64,000 nucleotides of DNA from Desulfosudaceae bacterium (GCA_963674745.2 CAXXDV010000003.1:2080001-2144000); one strand, 5' to 3'; shown: positions 9,309 to 19,507, numbered from the stretch's first letter. Notes: a model not told the origin generated them from the letters alone. Translations and numbers: made by a program.

Positions 9309-11297
9309 TTATTCCGGCTTATAAATGGTCGCCTTTTTCATCAGCTCTTCTGAAATCCGCAGGTTATAGTGTCTTGCCAGTTTTAGATTGAGCAACAATT
9401 TCTCTGATTGGGTGTTACTGAATGGAATGTCTTTCGGATTCTCTCCGCGCAGGACACGCAAAGCTTTCTGCGCCGCTTCCAACCCGGCGTCATAATAATC
9501 CCGGGCCAGGCAGACAACGCCACCGTCTTTCATCTGGGCACTGTCAAACACAAAAACAGGCAGATTGTTTTCCGCGGCTTTTCTGGCAATCAAGGCGAAC
9601 CCGGGCCGGGTCAGGTTGTCTACCACCTGAGCGACCACCTGAATATCCTTGCCGCAGAGCTCGATGGCCGATTGGGCCACATCGGCACTGGCGGTGACCG
9701 GTACGGTCACGAGTTCCATGCCCTGGTCCACCAGGGCTTCTTTAAACCAGTCCTTGTAAAGCACGCTGTTAATTTCCGCCGGGGTAAACAGGGTCCCCAC
9801 CCGGCGGGTATCCGGAAGGGTCTGTCTGATTATCCGGGCCATGCCGTCAAAAGGGGAGCGGGTGCTGATACCGGTAACATTGGGCAGATGATCGGTCTCG
9901 CTTGTTCCCGCCCCGGCCCTGACACCGTCTCCGACACCGGTGAATACGATTCGGGTGTCTTCACCGGCCTGGCGCAGGGCCGCCTGAAGGGTCGGCGTGG
10001 AGACCACCATGAGCAGGTCTACCCTGTCCGACCGGACGGTGGTCATGATACTTGACAGGGTGGACATATCACCCTGGGCATTATAGCTTTTGAGTTCGTA
10101 ATCCCTGCCCTCCTTTAAACCGGCCTTGTTTATGCCGTCAATCAACCCTTCTTTGCATCGTTCCGCGAATTCTGTTTCGCTGTAAAGGACAATCCGCAGC
10201 TTAAAAGGGGCTGTCGGTTGTGAAACGGATCGGGGTTCGGGTCTGGGGGGACTTTCTTTTGCCGTTCCTTTCTGAGCGCCCAGCATGTTTTCGATGGCCG
10301 TCGTCATTTTCCAGGAACCTTTAAGGGAGGCCAGCACACTTCGATTCACAGCCAGTTGTTCCGGGACCACGTTATCAATACGGATGGTCGACGGTTTTTG
10401 CCCTCCCAGAATTGCCGCGGCGATATCCGCAGTATACAGGCCCACGGTAAAATAATCGGCCCCCAGGCCGAACAGGGCGCCCTTTTCCGTATCCGTGGGA
10501 TCGTTTGAAAAAACCGGAATTTCGGCATCACCGGCCAGATTAATGATAAGATTAATGGCTGAAATGGCCACATTATCCCCCCCGACCCAGACGGCATCCA
10601 CGTTTTTCGCGATAACCGAACGCAGGGCTTCCGGCACCTCGGAGGTGTTGCCGGCGTTGGCCTCGATCAGTTCAATCCCCAGCGCGTTACATGCTTTGCG
10701 GGCTTTCTTCAAGCAGGCTTCCGAGCATTGTTCTCCGGGGTTCCAGACCACACCCAGCCGCTGGAGTGCCGGATTCATTTCACGGGCTATCTCGATGGTA
10801 CGTTCTACCGGCTGGAATGTGCCTACCCCGGCCATATATGGGGGATGCTGGTCCGGTTCCGGACCGCTGATGCCCACACCGGCACCGTAAGGATCGGTGA
10901 CCGTCCCGAAAACATGATGTTTTTGAATGGTCATATTGGCCTTGGAAACCACCTGCAGGGCCACCGTACTGGACGTGATCAGCAGATCATAAGGGCTGTT
11001 GACCATGTCACGGGCCATGGCATTGGCGGTGGCGTAATCCCCCTGGGGATTGTAAATCCGGATGTTGCTCCCGTCCGGCGCCCGAAAGCCTTTTTCTTCC
11101 AGGCGGGTGACCACACCGGCGATATGGGAATCCAGCAGTGTTGACGAGGCAATCTGCATTACGGCAACGGACGGATATGCCCCGGTCTTCTCATTTTTAT
11201 GGCCGTCCCTTTGCTCCAGGTCCGACATTAACAAAATAAGGGATGCCGCCAGGATCAAGCCCACGGCCGGACCCAGGTGTTTGATAATGTTTTTCAT
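9309..11297 (-). CDS. ABC transporter substrate-binding protein with two tandem ABC_sub_bind domains
   Basis: N-terminal TM/signal; two homologous halves (NPQGD/NAQGD, VFGTVTDP/VFTGVGDG, DYFTVG/DYYDAG). Confidence 0.88.
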   Translation of the reverse strand: MKNIIKHLGPAVGLILAASLILLMSDLEQRDGHKNEKTGAYPSVAVMQIASSTLLDSHIAGVVTRLEEKGFRAPDGSNIRIYNPQGDYATANAMARDMVNSPYDLLITSSTVALQVVSKANMTIQKHHVFGTVTDPYGAGVGISGPEPDQHPPYMAGVGTFQPVERTIEIAREMNPALQRLGVVWNPGEQCSEACLKKARKACNALGIELIEANAGNTSEVPEALRSVIAKNVDAVWVGGDNVAISAINLIINLAGDAEIPVFSNDPTDTEKGALFGLGADYFTVGLYTADIAAAILGGQKPSTIRIDNVVPEQLAVNRSVLASLKGSWKMTTAIENMLGAQKGTAKESPPRPEPRSVSQPTAPFKLRIVLYSETEFAERCKEGLIDGINKAGLKEGRDYELKSYNAQGDMSTLSSIMTTVRSDRVDLLMVVSTPTLQAALRQAGEDTRIVFTGVGDGVRAGAGTSETDHLPNVTGISTRSPFDGMARIIRQTLPDTRRVGTLFTPAEINSVLYKDWFKEALVDQGMELVTVPVTASADVAQSAIELCGKDIQVVAQVVDNLTRPGFALIARKAAENNLPVFVFDSAQMKDGGVVCLARDYYDAGLEAAQKALRVLRGENPKDIPFSNTQSEKLLLNLKLARHYNLRISEELMKKATIYKPE

Positions 11298-11503
11298 ATT
11301 TTCAGACTCGACTTATTTTCCGGTTTGATATTTTTCAGGCCATCTCTATGTTGTCCGGTATCCGCATTTTTAAAGGCTATGGCCCCGCTTTCATGGCAGC
11401 GTACAATAAAAGGGATTTTATTTTCCTGCCAATGGGTAATGGCCAGGCTCTGATCTCTGTGACAGTGGGGCAGCAGCATCAAGACCAGCGGCATCCCGGG
11501 CCC

Positions 11504-13462
11504 TTATCCGCCCGAATAACGGATCATCATCATGGTAATATCATCCGACTGGGGCGCGCCGGCTGAAAAGCGCTCTACGGCATCCATGACGTTCCCTATC
11601 GATGCCTGGATTTCCGCATCTTTGCAACCCGACAGCACATCGGCCAGCCGCTCTTCCGAGAACAATTCGTCGGCAGGGTTCATCGCCTCGGTCACGCCGT
11701 CGGTATACAGAAACAGGCTGTCTCCATGTGAAAGGGAGATTCGCTCACAGCCGTACTCCACGTCCTCCATGGCGCCGGCTACGAGTGATCCGGCCCGGGG
11801 CAACCACTCCACCGATCCGCTCTGTTTAACCAGCAGCGGCGGATTATGCCCGGCGTTGGCATACAGAATTTCACCGCTTGTCATGTCCAGCAGGCCGCAG
11901 AACAGCGTAACAAACATACAGGCGTCGTTTTCAGCGGCCAACTCCTTGTTGACATGATTCAGAATCACCTCCGGCGAGACATCATCTCTGGCGAATGATT
12001 TAATCAGCGTCTTGGTAACGGCCATGAACAAAGCCGCCGGAACGCCTTTTCCGGAAACGTCACCGATCACAAAGCAAAGGCGGTTTTCGCCCAGCTGAAA
12101 AAAATCATAAAAATCTCCGCCGACCTCCCTGGCCGGTGTAATCATGGCGTAAAGGTCAAACTCATCGCGGGTGGGGAACGGCGGGAATGTCTTGGGCAGA
12201 ATCGACATCTGAATATCATGGGCAATTTCCAGTTCACTTTCCATCCGTTCCCTGGCGGCGGTTGTCTCCGTTAACTGCCGGATATAATCCTTCAGGGAAT
12301 CCTTCATGATCTGGAAGTCCCGGGTCAGTGCGCCCACTTCATCTTTTGACTGTGGCTCCGGAAGATCGGCCTCAAAATCACCGGCCGCGATTTTATCCGA
12401 CGCCTCCGCCAGCGCCCGGACCGGCCTGCTGATAGAACCTGAGATATAGACCACCACCATGGCCAGAAGGAAGATACCGGCCAGGCTCATGCCGGCCATG
12501 ATCAACGTAAGATGGCGAATATCCGCCAGAAGCTCATCCCTGGGGAAAACAACGGCCAGCGTCCACCCCATTTGCGGCAGCGGCATGTAATACATCCAGC
12601 TGGGGACCCCGTCAAGGGTTTCAAACGAGATGAATCCGGTTTCGCCGGCGGCCATCCGGCGGCCGATATCCCGCAGATTGGAGTCCTGCCGTTCTTCAGC
12701 GATACTGAACAAAGATTCGTTCATAACGATGTCCTGCCGGGGATGGGCCAGAAAGACACCGTTTCTTGACAGCAGGCAGCCATATCCCGTCTTCAGGACC
12801 CGGATTGAAGACACAATATTGGTCAGATGTTCAAGCGAGATATCGGCCGTCACGATCCCGGCAAAGCGCTTCCGGTTGTCATGTTCTTCAAAAAAAGGGA
12901 CTGAATAGGTCGACATGAGAATGTTGCCGCCGCCTTCATCATAATAGGGCTCACTCCATACGCTCTTTTTCAATTCCCGGGGAATATGAAACCAGTCCTG
13001 CAGAACATAATTGTAACTGTCCGCTAAATCGACGAAGCCTAGACCTTCCGGAATCTTATAGAAATACGGCGCATAAGGGGTGGGAAACCGGCTGTCTTCG
13101 TATGGTTCGAAAGCGACCGTGGACCCGAATACATCGGGATGGGAAAGGACAGTGGTTTGAATAAAATCAAGCAGCTGGGGGTCGTTAAAAGGCAATGTTT
13201 CCAAGGCCCGGGCCATGCCTTCGGTTGCGGCCGTGACCGAAGCGATCGGCGTAGCGACCTTCCCTGCAGCCGCCGTCACGACATTCCGGGCCTGGACCTC
13301 CATCCTGGAAATGATCATTTTCCGGGCCTGGTAATAGTTATATCCCAGCGTGAACCCGAAAATCAGGATACTGAAAACGGAAAAAAGAATGCTCAACCGA
13401 ACGGATAAACGATGACGCCACTTTATCCCGGTGTTTTCTAAACCATGGTCAGCGCTGGACAT
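11504..13462 (-). CDS. Cache-HAMP-SpoIIE (PP2C, RsbU-like) membrane phosphatase
   Basis: dCache-like W..PYYDEGGG region, HAMP (KDEVGAL), PP2C motifs VGGDFYD, IGDVSGKG, YTDGVTEA, SDDIT. Start approximate (track start 13504). Confidence 0.92.
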   Translation of the reverse strand: MSSADHGLENTGIKWRHRLSVRLSILFSVFSILIFGFTLGYNYYQARKMIISRMEVQARNVVTAAAGKVATPIASVTAATEGMARALETLPFNDPQLLDFIQTTVLSHPDVFGSTVAFEPYEDSRFPTPYAPYFYKIPEGLGFVDLADSYNYVLQDWFHIPRELKKSVWSEPYYDEGGGNILMSTYSVPFFEEHDNRKRFAGIVTADISLEHLTNIVSSIRVLKTGYGCLLSRNGVFLAHPRQDIVMNESLFSIAEERQDSNLRDIGRRMAAGETGFISFETLDGVPSWMYYMPLPQMGWTLAVVFPRDELLADIRHLTLIMAGMSLAGIFLLAMVVVYISGSISRPVRALAEASDKIAAGDFEADLPEPQSKDEVGALTRDFQIMKDSLKDYIRQLTETTAARERMESELEIAHDIQMSILPKTFPPFPTRDEFDLYAMITPAREVGGDFYDFFQLGENRLCFVIGDVSGKGVPAALFMAVTKTLIKSFARDDVSPEVILNHVNKELAAENDACMFVTLFCGLLDMTSGEILYANAGHNPPLLVKQSGSVEWLPRAGSLVAGAMEDVEYGCERISLSHGDSLFLYTDGVTEAMNPADELFSEERLADVLSGCKDAEIQASIGNVMDAVERFSAGAPQSDDITMMMIRYSGG

Positions 13463-14456
13463 GTATTGCTCCGGTAAACTGGTCATAATCGGGTATTTCT
13501 TCAATCAGGCCGGTCTGAAAAAGAAAAAGCGAGACCGAGTCAAAATCCGATTTTTTCAATCGGCCGTTATCATCGGCATCCAGAACCGGCATAATAAGGT
13601 CCCGCATCCTGGACAGCATCCATTTCTGATGCGTCCGGTTGGCACATATTTTGGCTTCTCGCATGTGCCGGATAACAACATCCAGCGCTTCATCCGGGTG
13701 CTCAAACGCGTATCGCCACCCTTCCAGCGAGGCCTTGACGCAGGCCTCCGCCAGGGCCGGATTTTCTTTGAATGCCGATTCAAGCATGTAAATACCGTCT
13801 TCCGGAAAATTCAGGCCGTAATCGGACATGGAAAACACGTTCAGTTCTTCGGGATTTATGCCGGTATTCAGAATGGTGTGATATTCATTGTACCACATGG
13901 CCGAAGCCACATCCACGCCGTCTCGCAGAAAAAGATTGACGGTATAAGATTGAGGCACTTCTTTTACATGGAGCCCGTATTTCCAGAAAAACGCCCGGGG
14001 CGGGATGGCCAGGTCACCACCCCAGAGGCTCACTTTTTTAGCGTTCATGTCCGATGGTTGCCGTATATTCCGGGATTTTTTGGCCACCAGCATCATGGCG
14101 GAGCGAGGGATGACCTGGCCTGCATGCACCAGTCGAAGCCCTTCACCATACTGACGAATAGCTGTTGTCAGCCACAGGACAGCAAAATCAGCCCGGCCGT
14201 TTTCCAGATATTCGCAACCGGAGAAGGCGGGGCCGCCCTTCAAAATGGTCATATTAAGGCCGTGATTCCGGTAAAAGCCCTTTTCCCGTGCCATGTAATA
14301 ACCGGCAAACTGCGCCTGGGGGCTCCACAGCGGAAGCATGCTGCAGGACGTCAGGTTGTCCTCACATCTTGTATTCAGTGGAAGAAACAGGGCGACAATC
14401 AGGATCACCAGCAAGGAAACAGGGCTGCCGTTGTTTACAAACCCGGGATTCCTCAT
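13449..14456 (-). CDS. NMT1/THI5-like periplasmic substrate-binding protein
   Basis: Signal peptide; W.PQAQFAGYY.A.EKGFY motif; SLEGWRYA. Confidence 0.88.
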   Translation of the reverse strand: MRNPGFVNNGSPVSLLVILIVALFLPLNTRCEDNLTSCSMLPLWSPQAQFAGYYMAREKGFYRNHGLNMTILKGGPAFSGCEYLENGRADFAVLWLTTAIRQYGEGLRLVHAGQVIPRSAMMLVAKKSRNIRQPSDMNAKKVSLWGGDLAIPPRAFFWKYGLHVKEVPQSYTVNLFLRDGVDVASAMWYNEYHTILNTGINPEELNVFSMSDYGLNFPEDGIYMLESAFKENPALAEACVKASLEGWRYAFEHPDEALDVVIRHMREAKICANRTHQKWMLSRMRDLIMPVLDADDNGRLKKSDFDSVSLFLFQTGLIEEIPDYDQFTGAIHVQR

Positions 14457-14887
14457 GAAGAAACCTTTCCATCATGTATTTTAACCGTGAGACGGAGAAC
14501 GTTCCAGTTGTTTTCCCTGTGCCAGTCGACACGATCCGTGAAATTCCGTATAAAATGAACGCCCAGCCCGCCGATGGGTCTTTCTTCAAACGGAATGGTA
14601 AGATCCGGCTCCGGGACCGAGAGCGGGTTAAATTCCGGTCCTGTATCCCTGATTTCCAGAACGAATGTTTCGGTGCCGGGAAAGCCGGCCAGCGCCACTT
14701 CCCCCCGGCCGCCCTTTAAAGCGTAGCTGCAAATATTGACAAACGCCTCTTCAACGGCCAGGCAGAGACCGGAGATCTTTTCGGGCGGAACACCCGCCTG
14801 CCCGGCACTGGTTTCAACAAACGCCATGACATCTTTCAGGCGGTCCAGGGATGAAGAGAGCTTTATGGTTAAAGGTGACAGGGTCAT
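14453..14887 (-). CDS. RsbW/SpoIIAB-like anti-sigma Ser/Thr kinase (HATPase_c_2)
   Basis: LAVEEAFVNI, IRDTGPEFNP, GGLGVHFI boxes. Confidence 0.92.
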   Translation of the reverse strand: MTLSPLTIKLSSSLDRLKDVMAFVETSAGQAGVPPEKISGLCLAVEEAFVNICSYALKGGRGEVALAGFPGTETFVLEIRDTGPEFNPLSVPEPDLTIPFEERPIGGLGVHFIRNFTDRVDWHRENNWNVLRLTVKIHDGKVSS

Positions 14888-15222
14888 CAGCCTTCTGCTT
14901 TCACGGCTGTTTCCACAGAACCGTAAATATCAAACACGGAACCGAAACCTGAAATATCAAAAACCTCTTTGACCGGCCCACGGGGACCGGCCAGGAGCAT
15001 CTTACCGTTCTTCCCCTTGAGGGCCTTGGCGGATGCCAGAATGACCCGCAACCCCGCGCTGCTGATATATTCGACTCCACCCAGGTCCAGAACCAGCTTC
15101 AGCCGCCCTTTGTCGATCAGATCGGTAAGGGATGATTCAAAAGCCGGTGCCGTCATGGCATCAATTTTCCCTGAAGCAGATACCACCATTATTTCGCCTT
15201 CCTGTTTTATCTGGATATTCAA
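14887..15222 (-). CDS. STAS anti-sigma factor antagonist (RsbV/SpoIIAA-like)
   Basis: GKIDA...LVLDLGGVEYISSAGLR...VFDISG; TTG start. Confidence 0.92.
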   Translation of the reverse strand: MNIQIKQEGEIMVVSASGKIDAMTAPAFESSLTDLIDKGRLKLVLDLGGVEYISSAGLRVILASAKALKGKNGKMLLAGPRGPVKEVFDISGFGSVFDIYGSVETAVKAEG

Positions 15223-15526
15223 TTTCTTTTCCCCTGTTTTTAAAAAGACATGGATTGTTTTATCCGACTATTTCATGATCTTTTTTTTGCGATCACAACC
15301 AAACCTGTTCCCGCAGACGCTCAAAAATCAGGTGTTCAGGCCTGATGAATCATAAACCACCATACAAATGAGTATTCTTTTTAAAATACTGAAATAAATC
15401 ATACTTGTCAATCAGCCCGGATATTTCATGAAATTTTTGATTAATATTTTTTCAGACTTGTTCAAAGTTTCGGGTCACCCCGTCATTATGATAAAGACGG
15501 GTTGTGATTTTTGATCGACAAAACAA

Positions 15527-15554
15527 TTGACATTCTTCAGGCCTCAGCTAAACT
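15527..15554 (+). promoter_or_regulatory. Putative sigma70 promoter for the exporter operon
   Basis: TTGACA-16 nt-TAAACT upstream of the ATG at 15653. Confidence 0.5.
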
Positions 15555-15652
15555 TACAAGATCAATCTCTTGCTCATCCTCTAAAAACGGATAGTTATTA
15601 TATTAATGATATTACCGGCAGCGGTAAAAATCGGCTTCATCGGAAACGGTAT

Positions 15653-17446
15653 ATGAATCAGGGGCGATTGATCTATCAGAATATTCTCCAGAACATGAGC
15701 GACGGCGTCCTGACGATCGGCATGGATGGACGGGTGATGACCCTGAATAATGCCGGTGAACAGATTCTGGACATTCGTGCCGAAGAGTGCATCGGCCGCC
15801 CTTATGGTGAGGTGTTCTTTCTAAGAGAAGGAAATGATAATTTCAACCAGCTGATTCTGGATGCCGTTTACGAGTCGACGGTCACCCACAACCGGACCGT
15901 GAAATTTGATACCGGCAACGGTATCAAGACCCTGCGGGTTTCGACTTCTTTTCTCAAACCCGACCATAATGATCAGGAAACTGCCGTCATCGTTGTCATT
16001 AATGACGTTTCAGAACTTGAACGCACGCATCAGGCAGAACGCGATCTGACTGAAGAGTTAAAGCAGAAGCACGGGGAGTTGCGCGATTCCTATCTCCAGC
16101 TTGAAGAGGCGAATGCCGACATGGCCGCCCTTTTGAAAAAAGTCCAGGTCATTCGCATCGCGGCCACGGCTTTCATCCTGGTGCTTTTTCTGGGTATCGG
16201 TATTTTCACCTGGCTGAGGACCGGTGTTCATTCTCAGAATATGTCCGCTACGGGACAACAGCATGTCGACGCAACGGCATCGCAGGCCTATACGGTTTCT
16301 TACCGCCCATTATCCGACAGCATCTCTTTAAAAAGCATGATCAAGCCGATACGGGTGGTCAACGTTACCTGCCCGTTTACCGGGTCTATTGAAAAAGTAT
16401 TTTTCGAATACGGCCAGGCTGTAGAAAAAGGACAGATTCTGCTGCGGATGGACAAAAAAGAGGCGGAAATGCAGTATCGGGAAGCCTATGCAGCGGCCAT
16501 CAAGGCGGAGGAAAAATTCCGGGACTTCCAGAACTGGGAACAGAATGATCAGGTGGTCAAGGCCCGGCGCTCACTGGCCAGGTCAAAAATGAGCCTGAAC
16601 AATTATAAAAAAGTTTTTGAAGAGACGGAGTACCTGTTCAAAAAAGGCCTTATTCCGGAAAAGGAATACGAAAATGCCGGGCAGATGCATGAGAATGCCA
16701 AGCTTGATTACGAAGCCGCCTCACATGAACTGAACATTGTCCGGGCGAACGGTACAGGCAACAACTATGAAATCGCCAGGCTGGAAATGGAAAATGCCAA
16801 AGCCAAGCTGGCGGAATACGAGCAGCAGTTGAATCTGGCCGACGTCGTCGCACCGGTGGCCGGCACCGTCATGATCGGAGAAAGTGCCGGTAAAAAGGAC
16901 GCCGGTGCCCGGATTGTCAATGGCGCGCCGGTATCCGAAGGAGATATCCTTGTATCCGTGGGCGATACCAGCGGTTTATCGGTGGAAGTCGATGTGGACG
17001 AAATCGAGGTACGTAAAATTCATCAGGGCCAGACGGCACGAATTACAGGAGAAGCGTTTCCAGGCATCACGTTAAACGGGCGGGTCGCCAATGTGTCCAC
17101 CCAGGCCAATATTTCTTCAGGCCATTACCAGCGCCCCACTTTCGGCGTCCTCATCGTCATCGAAGACATCACCCCTGAAGTACGCCAGCAGATCCGCCTG
17201 GGAATTACCGCAAATGTGGTTATTGTCGTCTACAACAAGCCGGAGGCGATCCTGGTCCCCATCCAGGCAGTGATAATGGAAGGTAATGACCGGTTCGTGA
17301 TGCTGAGAGACAAGGCCACCGGCGCCATCAAGAAAGTCCGGGTAAAGACCGGTGTAACGACCCTCGATTCCGTTGAAATTTTAAGCGGTGTAGAAGCCGG
17401 CGATGAATTGATCATCAGTCAAGGGGTGGGATTTGCTGGCACTTGA
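15653..17446 (+). CDS. PAS-domain-fused membrane fusion (MacA/HlyD-like periplasmic adaptor) protein
   Basis: N-terminal PAS (ILQNMSDGVLTI..G.V...NNAGEQIL), coiled coil, single TM, lipoyl/hairpin/barrel motifs (CPFTGSI, VAPVAGTV, VDEIEV), C-terminal VKTG...VEILSGVEAGD. Confidence 0.88.
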   Translation: MNQGRLIYQNILQNMSDGVLTIGMDGRVMTLNNAGEQILDIRAEECIGRPYGEVFFLREGNDNFNQLILDAVYESTVTHNRTVKFDTGNGIKTLRVSTSFLKPDHNDQETAVIVVINDVSELERTHQAERDLTEELKQKHGELRDSYLQLEEANADMAALLKKVQVIRIAATAFILVLFLGIGIFTWLRTGVHSQNMSATGQQHVDATASQAYTVSYRPLSDSISLKSMIKPIRVVNVTCPFTGSIEKVFFEYGQAVEKGQILLRMDKKEAEMQYREAYAAAIKAEEKFRDFQNWEQNDQVVKARRSLARSKMSLNNYKKVFEETEYLFKKGLIPEKEYENAGQMHENAKLDYEAASHELNIVRANGTGNNYEIARLEMENAKAKLAEYEQQLNLADVVAPVAGTVMIGESAGKKDAGARIVNGAPVSEGDILVSVGDTSGLSVEVDVDEIEVRKIHQGQTARITGEAFPGITLNGRVANVSTQANISSGHYQRPTFGVLIVIEDITPEVRQQIRLGITANVVIVVYNKPEAILVPIQAVIMEGNDRFVMLRDKATGAIKKVRVKTGVTTLDSVEILSGVEAGDELIISQGVGFAGT

Positions 17447-18098
17447 GAACATCATAAAAAAATACACCATCGGCCCCACTGAACTGACCGCATTAAAAGG
17501 CATTTCCCTGGAAATCAAAGAGGGGGAACTGGTATCCGTCATCGGTCCTTCCGGGTGCGGCAAATCCACACTGATGAATATCCTCGGTCTCCTTGACCAA
17601 CCGACTTCCGGGACCTATCGCATCAGCGGCAGACAGGTTGGTTACGGTGATGACCGGGTATTATCCACCCTGAGGAATCAGCAAATCGGTTTTATTTTCC
17701 AGATGTATTATCTTCTACCGCGTCTGAACGCGATAGAAAATGTCACGCTTCCGCTGATATACAGAAAAGCCGGCAGACCGGCAGCCCGGCAGCAGGCCCT
17801 GGAATACCTCAAAAAAGTCGACATGGAAAGCCGGGCCTATCACCGTCCGGATGAGCTGTCGGGCGGACAGCAGCAGCGGGTTTCCATTGCCCGCGCCCTG
17901 GTCGGAAGGCCGGCCATTCTACTGGCGGATGAACCGACCGGCGCCCTTGATACACGGACCGGCCAGGAAATCATGAACCTGTTTAAACTATTAAATGAAC
18001 AAGAGGGAATCACCATCGTCATTATCACCCATGACCCGAAAATTGCCGCCCAGTGCCAGCGTAGTATCCAATTGCTCGACGGGCAGATTTATGAATAA
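17433..18098 (+). CDS. MacB/LolD-type ABC ATP-binding protein
   Basis: GPSGCGKSTLMNILG, LSGGQQQRV, LADEPTGALD. Confidence 0.93.
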   Translation: MLALENIIKKYTIGPTELTALKGISLEIKEGELVSVIGPSGCGKSTLMNILGLLDQPTSGTYRISGRQVGYGDDRVLSTLRNQQIGFIFQMYYLLPRLNAIENVTLPLIYRKAGRPAARQQALEYLKKVDMESRAYHRPDELSGGQQQRVSIARALVGRPAILLADEPTGALDTRTGQEIMNLFKLLNEQEGITIVIITHDPKIAAQCQRSIQLLDGQIYE

Positions 18099-18164
18099 TC
18101 GGCCTTGCGTCTTCCAGCGGGCCTTTTTGCGCACCGGCATCCGGCAAAAACCTGAACAGAGATT

Positions 18165-19340
18165 ATGATAATCAGCACAAACCTGAGAGAAGCCACCCGA
18201 AGCCTGATGACGTCCAAGCAGAGAACGCTGCTTGCTTTAATCGGTATCGTCATCGGTATCGGTTCGGTCATCGGTATGGTTTCCATCGGTTCGATTGTTC
18301 AGCACCAGGCCCTGAAACAATTCAAAGAGATGGGTATCGACATTATCTCGATTCGCAAGGAAACAGCCCCGGGCGATCTAGAAGGACTGCCCCTGGACCA
18401 TATCCTTAACTTAAAATCGGTACCGATCATCCGGGAGGTTGCCCCCTACCTGCTTTCGTCCACCACTTTGCAGCAGGGAAAAAGTCAAACCGTTATGTCA
18501 ATGATGGGTGTCACCGGCGCTTTCTTTGATATCAACAAGCTTTATATCAAAGAAGGCAGGGCCATATCTGGCATGGATAATAACCGTTATTTCTGCGTGA
18601 TCGGAGCCGACATCGGCGCCCTGCTTCGAAACAGCGGCGTTGACCCCGTTCTCGGCAGTTCACTGACGCTGGGTTCACGGAACTATATGATTGTCGGTGT
18701 TCTGGAACGCGTGTCGGAAGGGAGCGGCATCCGCCCTTACGGTATTAACAAGGGCGTTATCGTCCCCCTGTCTACGGCCCGGAGAAACTTTGACCGGCCG
18801 GATATCGACACCCTTCTGGCCCGTGTAAGAGAAGGGACACCGCCGGCTGTAATCAAGCAAACCGTGCGGACATATTTCATGTCAACAATGCCCGGGACTC
18901 ATATTACCGTACAGACGGCGGAAGAGATTATTGCCACCATGCAGTCCCAGATGCGCCTTTTCACACTCCTTCTCGGTGCGATCGGCAGTATTTCACTGAT
19001 TGTCGGCGGCATTGGGGTTATGAATGTCATGCTGATCTCCGTTGCGGAAAGGCGAAAAGAAATCGGCATTCGCCGGGCTTTGGGGGCGCTGCAGAGCGAT
19101 ATTCAGTCCCAGTTTATCATTGAATCCGTTTCCCTGTGCAGTATCGGCGGTATCATCGGAATCATCCTGGGCGTCTTTGTGTCTTATGTTTTCTCCCGTG
19201 CCAATCACTGGGACTTTCAGGTGTCCGCCGTTTCCATCATTCTTGGCCTTGCCGTGGCTTTTGCCGTGGGTGTTTTTTTCGGTTTCTACCCTGCCCGTTC
19301 AGCAGCAAAACTGGATCCGATAACCGCTCTACGGTCTTAA
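18165..19340 (+). CDS. MacB-type ABC permease (MacB_PCD + FtsX)
   Basis: GIVIGIGSV TM1, VGGIGVMNVML.SV.ER..EIGIRRALGA, FYPA..AAKLDPI.ALR. Confidence 0.93.
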   Translation: MIISTNLREATRSLMTSKQRTLLALIGIVIGIGSVIGMVSIGSIVQHQALKQFKEMGIDIISIRKETAPGDLEGLPLDHILNLKSVPIIREVAPYLLSSTTLQQGKSQTVMSMMGVTGAFFDINKLYIKEGRAISGMDNNRYFCVIGADIGALLRNSGVDPVLGSSLTLGSRNYMIVGVLERVSEGSGIRPYGINKGVIVPLSTARRNFDRPDIDTLLARVREGTPPAVIKQTVRTYFMSTMPGTHITVQTAEEIIATMQSQMRLFTLLLGAIGSISLIVGGIGVMNVMLISVAERRKEIGIRRALGALQSDIQSQFIIESVSLCSIGGIIGIILGVFVSYVFSRANHWDFQVSAVSIILGLAVAFAVGVFFGFYPARSAAKLDPITALRS

Positions 19341-19406
19341 ATATCGGCGTTCGGCCGGAAGGGCATGCGGTAAACCAAGTTTTGTTAAGGTTTTGCAGAT
19401 GTTTAC

Positions 19407-19434
19407 TTGACAAGGGCTCAATTTTAAATATAAT
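19407..19434 (+). promoter_or_regulatory. Consensus sigma70 promoter of hup
   Basis: Perfect TTGACA-16 nt-TATAAT ~75 nt upstream of the HU start; strong AGGAGGAGG RBS. Confidence 0.75.
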
Positions 19435-19507
19435 ATTTGGCATCATCAAAGGGATTAAGCAACAAGGGTTTTCCAAAAACCCATACTTAAAGGAGGAGGA
19501 ACTCCAT

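Noticed and set aside
11294..11503. Short ORFs in the gap between the phosphatase and binding-protein genes
   Set aside because: No motifs or clear RBS; probably intergenic.
13431..14558. 375-aa plus-strand ORF
   Set aside because: Antisense shadow of the NMT1-like and RsbW-like genes.
19136..19507. N-terminal extension of HU in the ORF track
   Set aside because: It overlaps the permease and the consensus promoter; the strong RBS points to 19508.
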